Part shown: piece after piece, positions 12,661 through 23,149 of the stretch
How the letters are laid out: each line of letters opens with the position of its first letter
Numbering within the stretch: the first letter of the stretch is position 1
From: Hypanus sabinus
Lineage: Eukaryota
DNA: 64,000 nucleotides
NCBI RefSeq assembly: GCF_030144855.1
Contig: NC_082722.1
Span: 27,218,001 to 27,282,000 of the forward strand
Direction of reading: 5' to 3'
The notes under the pieces: model-generated
The model's input: the letters and a program-made list of their open reading frames with translations, nothing else
Told to the model about the DNA's origin: nothing
Database searches by the model: none
Translations under genes and position numbers: made by a program

Positions 12661-13101
12661 TGAATGTGGGTTTGTGCTCGACTCTCTACCCTTTACTCTC
12701 TAACACTATTAAAATTCACCTCGAAGGTGAGAGGGCAATATTTCTCCCAATTTTGTGTGGTGAAAGAAGTATAGATTTTGCTTATCCTGCATGACACAAG
12801 TTGGAATGACAATTTGCAGTGCATGCTACAAATTATTACTTGATGTTGGAACTAACTGGTTTGGAGCTGGGTATTATTCCTCTCTACTTGCTGATGCAGG
12901 AGTGCAGTTTTTTGCTGCTGCATAGAGATTATTCTATTTAAGTATTAATATTTTGCATCCTCTGTGATGAAGTATGGAGCTATCCAACTCCAGCTATTTA
13001 TATTAATATTAAAATCATTTCAGCCTCCTGCTTGCAAAAGAATCTAACATTGCTTGATGTAAAGTGCACAAAACGGAAAATCTGCAAACATCAGCACTCA
13101 C

Positions 13102-13407
13102 CGAACACAGTGACCTTGGTGCCACATCTACTCCCGAATATTTGTTCCTCAATCTTTACTTCACAGTAATACAATCCGGAATCGGCGACTTTGACATTCC
13201 AGAGTACAAGTGTTCCCCTTCCTCTTTGAACAGTAAATTTTCTTCTGCTGTCGCTTTCTAAAAATCCCTTCTCGCCTTCCCTCCACCAACGAACGTCAAC
13301 AACATCCTGTAATAGTGGAAATTTGCAGTACATGGTAACATTCGCACCATGCGGGACGTCCAGATCCCTAGGAAATTGATATACTTTGCTCGCAGTTACA
13401 TTGACGG
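13102..13407 (-). CDS. Exon 2: Ig V-set domain (germline-joined VJ type, NKp30/NCR3-like)
   Basis: 306-nt open phase 1-1 exon between acceptor ttttccggcag| and donor G|GTGAGT. Encodes B-strand Cys (VTMYCKF), C-strand Trp (VRWWR), E strand GTLVLWNV, D-x-G-x-Y-Y-C (ADSGLYYC) and a J-like G strand (GTKVTV). Confidence 0.95.
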
Positions 13408-13577
13408 CTGCCGGAAAAATAAGCAAGGGTGTTAGCAACAGTTAAGCACAATGAATTAACAAAAACTAAAGACGTAAGTCACTAAATTCTGTAACCAAAT
13501 ATGCTGCGGGCACCCAGGAGTTAATATTCTAAAACAGAATATTCAGTTCTGAAAACGGCATGTATAAATCAGCATAC

Positions 13578-13632
13578 TTAGCCAAGTAATAGCCAGAATT
13601 GCCATGGACGAAACCGTGAATTTCCCTGACAT
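13578..13632 (-). CDS. Exon 1 (leader/signal peptide) of single-V-domain IgSF receptor: MSGKFTVSSMAILAITWL
   Basis: ATG at 13632 with an in-frame second ATG; hydrophobic stretch; 55 nt (phase 1) ending at donor A|GTATGC. Splices in frame to the V exon to give ...ITWL-T-VNVTA-SKVYQ. Confidence 0.75.
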
Positions 13633-13689
13633 CTTAAAGAAACCGAATCGACCAATTCCTGCAATGGAAATGGTATTTTAAAAGCAATT

Positions 13690-13815
13690 TCTTGAGGAAG
13701 AGGTTTTGTCAGGAAATGCATTAATCACGTAAACATGACGTAAAAATGACGCCACCGCAGGCAGAATAATGTGGTTCAGATATAAAGTTTGTCAGGGCTA
13801 GTAGGCAGATAAGAA
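13690..13815 (-). promoter_or_regulatory. Putative promoter of the IgSF receptor: ETS, three CRE/ATF-like half sites, RUNX, GATA motifs
   Basis: GAGGAAG (about 13694), CAGGAAAT (about 13710), TCACGTAA/TGACGTAA/TGACGCCA (13725-13754), TGTGGTT (13770-13776) and AGATAA (13807-13812), all within about 180 bp upstream of the ATG. Confidence 0.4.
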
Positions 13816-16764
13816 CAGTTACAATTCTAATTTTTACATGGCCTACCTAGTACTTTTGTGATTATGCTGGAAATTTTGCCCTCTTGCTGAATTCAGAAAT
13901 TATCCAGATTTTTATTGAGATATAAAATCAAATGTGCACTCTGCGCATTTTGATGATAAAGATGAAATCTGCTTAAGGAGTTGAAAAATGTCTAATAAGG
14001 TAGGCAGACAAAAATAATAACAATATTTCTTCATTCCAATTTACATTTGCAGTTTTGCTCCATTTAAATCATATCCCTTCTGTCAAATGGCATCTCACAG
14101 GTTTCTCTAGTAAAGCATTTGCGCTCATACGGCCAAAAGGCTTTAATCACGCCGATAGGGACGGTGTTACATAAATGAAAATTTTGTTCCTCTTGATAAT
14201 TTCCTTTAGGGATTGGTTATAGAAGTTCAACTAATGAACTACTGTATAATGTTTGGATTGGAAAATAAAAAAGAAATTCATGAAGGAACCTGGTTTGAGC
14301 AGCAAAGACAGTCCCTGGGATGTTGTCATGCACACGTACCCGGTAAAATGTATGATTTTGGATTCTGGACATTTTTGACGAAAAACAACGACATTTGGTC
14401 GCGAATTCCGCCTACTACTTCAGCAATTTTCATGGAATTTCAATGCTAAAGTTTCATGAAACAAAATCATATAATGTGAAACCTGCACAGATTTATTCCA
14501 ATGACAGATTTCAGTATGCTTATTCAAAGTAGGCCGCATAGTACTCAGGTTCCTTACTGGCTGCTGTGACCATCCTGCTCGTGGACCCCAGCGAAAAACT
14601 GTAAGAAATTCTGTCTGTGATAGAAATAGATTCCAGGTATAGGATGTTGATCACATAAATAGAGAGCTTAGAGCTTAAACAGCAAGTTATTCAGTTTAAT
14701 GATGGCAGAGATTCAAGAGGTACTGTGATAAAATATATAAATGGGTCATCGAGGAAGCCTCAAGTGATTGATTGCAGTTCCGAGGCTCCCTTTTAAATCC
14801 AATAAATACGAGCAGTTGCGTTGGGGGAAAATGCTGCTATTTCAAATATCTCCTACTTTTCCACAAGGTAAACAGGAGATAATAGGATACACCATCGAGC
14901 AAAAAAAATTAATCCGATACAGAAAAAACGGTGAACACGTACCCATGTGTCTAACCTGGCAGGGCATAAATTGTTATCCATTTGTAAAACGACAACACTG
15001 AAAATTAGACAGCATTTTGGTTGGCAATGTAACAATACTGAACTTCCATGCGCTTACTATGAATAGAGTTAAGTTTCTGATTACCTTGTCAAGCACCAGG
15101 TCATTTTGAGCAGTTATCTTTTCAAAATTTCCACGAAGCTGTGGGGATGTAATGCCTTTTTCATAGAATCTTTGTCACTATTATTACATTGTATCTCCTG
15201 TCCTCTCAGCTATGAAATAATGTAGCTGCTTAGTTATAGGTAAAACATATTTTGTCTATTGGATCCCACTGGATGTAATTGAGATCTGTTTGTTGAGGAG
15301 TTTAGCCAGGAGATGTTATGGACATTGTGAACATTATCATGCAGTGGATCAGGATGAATCGTGAGAGACAATTCTAATTAGAATCAGCTTAGTTTTACGT
15401 TGCAGGTAATTTGAGATGCCGAATACAAAAATGTGTCCACGGCAGAATACACTATTTCCAAATGTACGTTTTCTGTCGAGATTTCTGCCTTGATCTTCAG
15501 ATATTATTTCTCGACAAATAAATACCAAAGATGAGAGTACTGTGATTAATTCCCCATGAACCACTGTCTGTTCTCCATTAATCCATACTTTGTGGTGTTT
15601 AAAAATTAGGAACAGTAACTTGGACACATTACTAAGCACTTAAAAACAAATTGGCTGATAAAAAGTGGCTTCGTTTGAGCACGTTTGTGATTAATATGGT
15701 AGCTCTTAGGTGCCAATTAAATAATACTGCAGATACATTTTTTTTTAAATTGCTTTACAGATAAAACCTACAATACTATGTTTTCACCAGCTTAAATTTG
15801 ATCAGCGTTAACTGGGGCAGAAAGGCACAGGAAAGTAGAAGACATTTTTTTTTAAGTATTCTGTTCATTTGTTTTTTTGATTTCAATTGCATGAATAGAT
15901 GACAATCTCAGAAAAATCAAGATGTTTTTAAAAGTCATGCTCAGCTCTGGTTAGGCCAAAGGATTGACTGTAAATCTAGATTTCTGCTTTGTGGGACAAA
16001 TGTGTCCATCGGACGAAATAATCCTTTATATTATCACGCCTTAAAATATCTCTGCCTTCATTACAAACATATTCCGAAATGTTTTCAACAAGTTTATTTT
16101 CGGATAAATGTTTCTACTGTATGAAGATTAATCTTTACTGTATAATAGGGAGCTGAATTTAAAATAGTTGACTGTAAAATTAAAGCTACAGGTTGATACT
16201 ACTGTCTGGAAGTCATGGGAAGCAATCAGAAAGCCACTCAACGTCTGCTGAGACAAATAATGCGAACACTTCAAGTTGATAATTTTTCACTAGGTCATGA
16301 AGAGAAATGGTTTGTATTTTCCCCTTCCCTTTTCATAGGTACCCGATGATTACCTGCTTAATTTTGGATTGCGAACATTTGCAATCCAGTTTTCCATTAA
16401 TTACCCTGCCTTCCAATAAATGATCGAACTTGATCTGAGCCCCTTTCATTCAAAAGTATCGTGGGGAACTTTAGATCAAGAGGCATGTTATGTAATATTG
16501 TCTATCTGCTCTTTGTTCCCTTAACACTGTTCCGAATATAACAATGGACCAGTACAGCACAGGAGTAGGACCACCGACTAAGCTGTCCGTTCCGAACCCG
16601 ATGTCAAATTAAGCTAAATATCTACTCGTTGTGGTCCCTCATTTAATTAATCAGAAAGTAGAATGCTTTTCCGCTGAAATCGGGTTACAATGTCTTTTAA
16701 ACTGACAAGTAATTGGGTCTCCATTCAATGCTTTCAGAGAATGACTTACACAGAAATATCAAGT

Positions 16765-17872
16765 GTTTAGCTATTTGATTGATTTATGGAATAAGATAAA
16801 TGTTGATGATGAGATAAAAAAATCTTTATTGGCAAAGAGATCTTTAATTCAAAATAGACTTATTCCTTTTACAATGGACAATCAACTTTTATATAATTGG
16901 ATTCAAAATGGGATTAGATATATAGGGAATTGTTTTGAAGGAGGTATATTAATGTCATTTGAACAATTAAAGAATAAATATAAAATATCAAACAACACTT
17001 TATTTTGTTACTTTCAATTAAGGGCTTATTTAAGAGAAAAATTAGGTCAAACAATGTTATTGCCGAAATCTAATGAAATAGAAATTTTAATTCAAAAAGG
17101 AAATATCAAAAAATTTGTATCTTGCATGTATAATTTGATTCAAAGACAGGTAATTAAGCAAGGAGTCCATAAGTCAAGACAAAAATGGGAAAGTGATTTG
17201 AATATTAAAATTGAAGAAACAAATTGGTCAAGACTATGCCTTGACAGTATGACAAATACAATAAATGTTCGGTTAAGATTAGTGCAGTATAATTTTCTAC
17301 ATCAATTATATATTACACCACAAAAAATAAAAAAATTTAATCCAAATTTATCGGATCAGTGTTTCCGATGTAACCAGGAAACTGGTACTTTTTTACATTC
17401 GACATGGTCTTGCTCTAAAATTCAACCTTTTTGGACAAATTTAAGACTTTTACTGGAACAAATTACAGGAACACAATTTCCTCATAATCCAATATTATTT
17501 TTACTAGGTGATATTGAAGGGATAAAACCGAAACTCAAACTAAATAAGTATCAGAAAGAATTTATAAAAATTGCACTGGCAGTAGCCAAAAAAGCTATTG
17601 CAGTTACTTGGAAATCGGATTCACATTTAAGTATAGATTCTTGGAAGAAAGAAATCTATGGTTGTATTCCATTAGAAAAAATTACTTATAATTTAAGAGA
17701 TAAATATGAAACATTTTTGAAAATTTGGAGCCCTTATTTACAAAAGATAGGATTAAATATATAGATGCTTTTAAGATGAAACAATTGGTTATTAGGGGAA
17801 AGAAATAAATATACATATTAAAATTATTATGAACTCCATGGAGCATGTGGAGATCTTCCAACCACCAGGCAT

Positions 17873-17908
<36 letters not shown>

Positions 17909-18041
17909 TTTTTTCTAAGGGGCAGTTAGGGGGGAGGGGTTAAGGGGAGGGGGTATGGGTTATATACATTGTTTTTTTCATACTTTGTAATCATTTAAAA
18001 ATGCAATAAAAAATTATTTAAAAAAAAAAAAAAAAAAAAGA
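16765..18041 (+). mobile_element. L1/Tx1-like LINE, 5'-truncated: ORF2 C-terminus (zf-RVT-like), 3' UTR, poly(A)
   Basis: Uninterrupted 333-codon frame with CFRC...GTFLHSTWSC cysteine-rich motif ending at 17764. The 3' UTR has (TTTC)n, a G-rich tract, AATAAA near 18005 and a poly(A) at about 18020-18039. Confidence 0.9.
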
Positions 18042-19059
18042 ATCCTTTCCGATATGTATTTTCAGAATGAACACAGCACAGAAACCGGAAGTGTAGACGT
18101 TGCAGCACAACTTGAGAAATATTTAGCTGACAGAAGCAAAATATCTTAAATTACACTTATTGAGCTACCCTTAAATTTCAAGTGTGATGACAATAGCTCT
18201 CTGCTACATACAGGTTTCCGAGACTTTGGGGACAGTTAGATGAGAGGTGAAGGGCAGTATGATCCAGGGCCATATGGGGAACGGGGAAGGCATTGTGTGT
18301 AATATCCCAGTCGTGGATGACCACAGATTTTCCGTGATGTCACCAGTAGAATCACGAGTCCCATTCTATCATCAGGCAGCGTATTAGTTCCCATGAATAC
18401 AAGGTACAAATGCATTCTTTCTAAACTAACAGATGATTTAAAATTATACTCCGAACATCGTTTTCATCGACCACTTGCAGAATCTCGCATGCAAATAATG
18501 GCATTTCTGAAAATTAAACAGGAAGTGAAAATATATCTGTTTTCAGAGGATATGAAGCTCGATCGGAATTGAACAAAAGCAGATTGCCTTTCAAATGGGC
18601 AGATACATTAGGAAAGAAAACACAAGAATGTACCCACTACTTTCGAAGTTTATTGAGTTACTTGGATTCATAATTCACGAGTGTAGAGTTAGCAGTTCAT
18701 AAACACAATTCTGAGAAAGAAAAGTAAATTGAAGTGTTCATTCTGTTGGTCTGCCTGCATATTCTAACACGGTCTGCTGGATATTCCGTGAATTCTATAT
18801 TCAATAGTCCAGCAAGTTGGACCATTGGTCTTTTTGTTATATATTATAGTAGGTCATTTTATATCCCTTGAATATGCAATTTTATTCTGTTTCTTATTCT
18901 ACCATAATCCGTACAGGTACTGATCCCCACAGGTGTAAATGATCTGCGAGATGAGAATGTCATTTGAAAAAAAGTTTCAACTGATGAGACAGCTGACGTG
19001 AAAGGAGGGTTGGGGAGGTCAAGCTAGGTACAGATTCTGGAGGGTGATAAGCAGAAAGG

Positions 19060-20500
19060 CAAAAGCTTCCAGTTCTGCAGCAGGCCAGGCAACATCTATA
19101 GGCTGTACAGTCGCTGTTTCGGGCCGAGACCCTTCGTCAGAACTAACTGAAGGAAAATATAGTAAGAGATTTGAAAGTAGCCGGGGGAGGGGAAAATTCA
19201 AAATGATAAGACAGGAGGGAGAGGGGTTAAGCTAAGATTTGGGAAGGTGATTGTCAAAAGGGATACACAGCTGGAGAAGGGAAAGGATCATGGGACGGGA
19301 GGCCTAGGGAGAGAGAAACGGTGAGTGGAGCACCAGAGGGAGATGGGGCACAGGGAAGGAATGATTGCGAGAGGGTCAAAGAAAGAAAAAGAGGAGAGAG
19401 AGAGAAAAAGAGGGGACTTCTAACTTCATTTAATGCCCCACTTCTCCTGCTCACCCCATCCCTTATATATTTATTTTTTCCCCTCACCTTTATTTTTCTC
19501 TCTCCCGTTTTTTTCTCTCTCTGCCCCTCATACGATCATTCCTTGTGTCATAACGGGGGGCGCTTAGAACGGAAACAAATGCAACACACAGACACTGAAG
19601 TACTAGGAACTGGACTGGACTAGAGACTGGACTTGACGAGGACTTGACAAAGTTCGACTCAAGACCCAGATACTGGGTCCTTGTCCAGTCTCTGGCTCGG
19701 AGTACGGACTCAAGCCTCGTCATGCCCTCGCCTCGAAGAACCCAAGCCTGGTCATGTCCTAGATCGAGGAAACTAAGCCATGTCCACTCCTGTAGCCAGG
19801 TCATGTCCTAGCCTAGTTCCGTGGCCCGAGCCCGAGTCAAGACCCAAGTTCTTGGTCCTTGTCCAGTTTCTGTCTCGGAGTCCAAGCCCAGGCTCCTAGT
19901 TCCCAGTTCCCTGTCCAGGCCCCGCTGTGCTAGCCAATCTCCTAGCCCATGTCTGTGCTCTTGACCCAGCTCCTTGTCTGCATCCAGTCACGTCCCTAAC
20001 TCTAGTCTCTAGTCCAGTCGAATTCCTAGTACTTCAGTGTCTGTCTTGCATTTGGGTCCGTTCCAAGCGCCCCCCGTTATGACACAAGGAGTGATTGTGA
20101 AAAAGGGCAGAGAGAGAAATAAAGGGGAGAGAGAAAAATAAAGGAGGGGAATAAATAAATAAATAAATGATGTGGTAAAAAGGGGAGGAGAACTATTAAC
20201 TGAAGTTAGAGATCTCCTTTTTTTTCTCTCTCTCTCTCTTTTTTCCTAATCTTCTCACAATCATACTTTGCCTGTTCTCCATCTCCCTCTGTATCCCTTT
20301 AGCCAATCACCTTTCCAGCTCTTAGTTTCACCCCTCCCCCTCCTGTCTTCTCCTATCATTTCGGATTTCCCCCTCCCCTTCCTACTTTCAAATCTCTTAC
20401 TATCTTTTCCTTCAGTTAGCCCTGTCGAAAGGTCTCGGCAAGAAACGTCGACTGTACTTCTTCCTGCCTGGCCTGCTGCGATCCACCAGCATTTTGTGCG
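19060..20500. repeat. Fold-back inverted duplication: arms about 19060-19628 and 20004-20500 made of Penelope 3' sequence plus an LTR end
   Basis: tgtcataacggggggcgctt... at 19546 is the reverse complement of ...aagcgccccccgttatgaca ending at 20084, and the similarity continues outward through the same flanking Penelope sequence. Confidence 0.85.
19546..20084. mobile_element. Gypsy-type LTR fragments (minus 19546-about 19650, plus about 19655-20084), same family as 60198-61213
   Basis: Shared 3' end ttgcatttgggtc...cccgttatgaca and shared internal repeat gggtccttgtccagtctctgg. Confidence 0.65.
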
Positions 20501-20559
20501 TGTGTTATATAATCTTGTATTGATTATACAGTGTTTTATTTTATAATGGTAATGTCACC

Positions 20560-22084
20560 TGGCAATAATTCAACTAAGCTAAAATATTTTGCGTACGATT
20601 CCGTTTGTATTCAGTGCCTGAAGCTTCTTGCATAAGTGTCCAACAATAATCCGCCAGCATTAATGGAATCCAACTGCTTTGATAACATGTTTTCATTACC
20701 GCAATCTCCTTGTGATTCATTTCACCATGCTCGTTTTGAACAGCACCAAGATCTGCATGGAAGAAGTCTAAATTGGAATGCAGAAAATGATATCTTACTG
20801 ACATGCTCTACGTCATGGTTGTGTATGCTTGAAGTATATTGTCAAACAGCTGCACGCAGTTTGTTGCTCTGCAGTTGCAAATAATTTTTCAACGACATCC
20901 TTGAATGCCTTCCATGGGATTTTCTCCGGGCCCAATAGACGTTCTTCGAATTAGCTGCGATTGACAACTTGTTTGATATGCGAACAGGCAGAAAATGCCT
21001 TCCTTAATTTTGGAATTAATTATTCTGGGTCGCATCTCTCCCAAATATCGAAAATATACAGGGAAATTCTTGTACCTGGAGATAACGGATTTCATCCTTG
21101 TAGTTTTGAACCCAGTAAATTTGCTTTTGCCTTTGACAAGCCCAAGGCTCTGACCAAGTCAGTTTACTCAGATTGAGTATCACAAGAGTCTCTCTAGACA
21201 TAAAGAGTTCAAAATCTGTATCGGTATCAGAGTCGTTTTTCCATTCCTGCCTCTTACATACTGTCAACCTACTCTGCCTCCTCCAGACTCTCTGTCTCAG
21301 GTGGCTTCAGTACTGCAAGATTATCAGCATGCGGCACAGGTCTAGATGCTGAACAGAGATTGCAGTGTTCAATCGCTTTCTTGTTTTTTTTTACACAGAG
21401 AAACCAAACACACTGCCAGATAGAAATAGCTCTCGCCATATCATCGGTACCACTAATGCTACTGTCTTCCAACTATTTCTGAGCGAACCTCTCAGATTGA
21501 TAACGCTTGTTGAGCAAAAAATATGAAGAACCCAGGCACTGAACTGGTCGCCAATCTTACACACAAGGCAGAATTCATAGACTTTCTTAGTAAGAAGATT
21601 CATGCTCTGCGGTTGTGATTTAAGCTTATGTTCACCACAAGTATAACAGAAAGCATCGCAGTTGATGCAACATTGGTGATGCATTTTGCTGTCAGAAATA
21701 ATGCTGAAAATAAAATAACTTGATTATAATGAATACACACAAAATGATATGACCATCGAGCATGCGCAGAACATGATCACTGACCTATTTACACTTAAAC
21801 GCAAAGCGTAGAACGGAGTTTGCGTGATGCTTTTATAAACTTTCGTAAACCTGTAAAGCCATGTAGCACCCGCCCTGTCTCATGGCCCGAAATGAATAAA
21901 GCTTTTCAGCTTACGTCGTGGGCAACCGTTTAATTGAGTTGAATTATGTTTTGAAATATCAATACAGGCGATTCAAAAATGGTACATGATAGGGAAACTT
22001 CATGATGACGTTCATGATCAGTAACACACAATCAATAAGACAAACCGATAAGTATTCAGGATGCAAAATCTTTTTTGTCCAGTG
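20560..22084 (-). mobile_element. Chapaev3-like (CMC superfamily) DNA transposon, internally deleted and degenerate
   Basis: Terminus CACTGGACAAAAAAGATTTTGCATCCTG at 22084; N-terminal Zn-finger region (CINCDAFCYTCGE...KIGDQ...VPMIWRE); SKIKEGIF; C-terminal HFLHSNLDFF...GAVQNEHGE...MLADYCW. Confidence 0.75.
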
Positions 22085-23149
22085 AACTTGGAGGGGAGGT
22101 GACGAACACATGTGCCTTGGAGCTGAGGGGCAGGAGACGATGGAACGAGGAGAGACTCCGTATACTAGGGATTAACTCCACAGGCGAACTTGGTATCTTG
22201 GGTTCTGGATTATGAAAGCTGAATATGAACCCACAAGCAGGCTACGTTAATCCTTGTTGCAGAGGACTTGGTATGTGACAAGAAAGCCGTGCTGCAGCAA
22301 GGTAAAATGACGCGGTTTAGACAAAATTAAGGACCATTTTGATCTTTTTCAATTGCATGTTTTTCTTGGAGGAAGTACAGTGAAGCTTCACTAAATTGAG
22401 TCACGCAGCATCTATGGAGAGAAATGAACAGTCAAATGTTCTTGTCCTCACTCTTCATCAGAACTGGAAGGAACAAAGAAGGAGAGAGATAGCCAGTACT
22501 AAACGATGAGGAAAATGTTGGAGCAAGAGTTGGAGAGCAATGGGTGAATCCAGGTTAGGAAGTGATTAACATCAGTCTCCTAATCACTACGAACTTCCCT
22601 CTGCATACTCTCAAATAACCTCGATGTTCAACTAGACTAAATTCCTTGCTCACGATTATGGCTGATCCAATCAGAAACTCAGATTCTGATTTCCTTTTCA
22701 TATGCAACTCACATCGCTATCAGTTAGCATTACTTTGTCACTATTCGGTTGCTTTCTAATATTCTCCAGCAAACTACTGATATGATTTACGCAATGTGAT
22801 CTAAAAGGATGGAACAATGAAGAAATTCATACTTGAAATCACGTTCTGCAAGCGTGCGAGATTGCGTTCAACTAACAAATTGACGAATCGTATGAATAAT
22901 TGTGGCCACGACTCTGGTCCAGCACTGTCGAACACTAGGATAGATCTAGCAGATCATAGCTGCCATCTATGATTTAATGTGAGAAAGCTATATTCCCTCT
23001 AATTCTCGTTTAGCCTAACCGAGAAATTTATCTGCTTGAGTAATAATAGTTTTTTTATTGTTATTGGCCTAACAAGTCGTTCAGTGCTTAAACAGGACTC
23101 CGACGAAATATAAGAATCGAACAGACCGATGGCTTTTCGATCCACAGGA

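Noticed and set aside
13106-13112. CACAGTG heptamer at the 3' end of the V exon as a RAG recombination signal
   Set aside because: It is simply the codons for V-T-V in the G strand. There is no nonamer at 12- or 23-bp spacing, and the exon ends in a normal splice donor, so this is not a rearranging V segment.
5629-13632. Identity as PD-1, CD28 or CTLA-4
   Set aside because: Exon layout is broadly similar, but the PD-1 DYGEL/TEYATI motifs and the CD28/CTLA-4 MYPPPY motif are absent. No gene symbol assigned.
15349-15639. 96-aa minus ORF as a further Ig or MHC exon
   Set aside because: No conserved Cys/Trp framework and no convincing donor.
16660-16674. agaatgcttttccg as target-site duplication of the L1-like element (compare agaatcctttccg after the poly(A))
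   Set aside because: Imperfect match and about 100 bp from the apparent 5' junction.
19663-19679. GACCCAG-ata-CTGGGTC mini-palindrome as the fold-back centre
   Set aside because: Equivalent sequence occurs natively in the LTR repeat unit (near 19840 and 60955), so the true orientation switch is near 19650.
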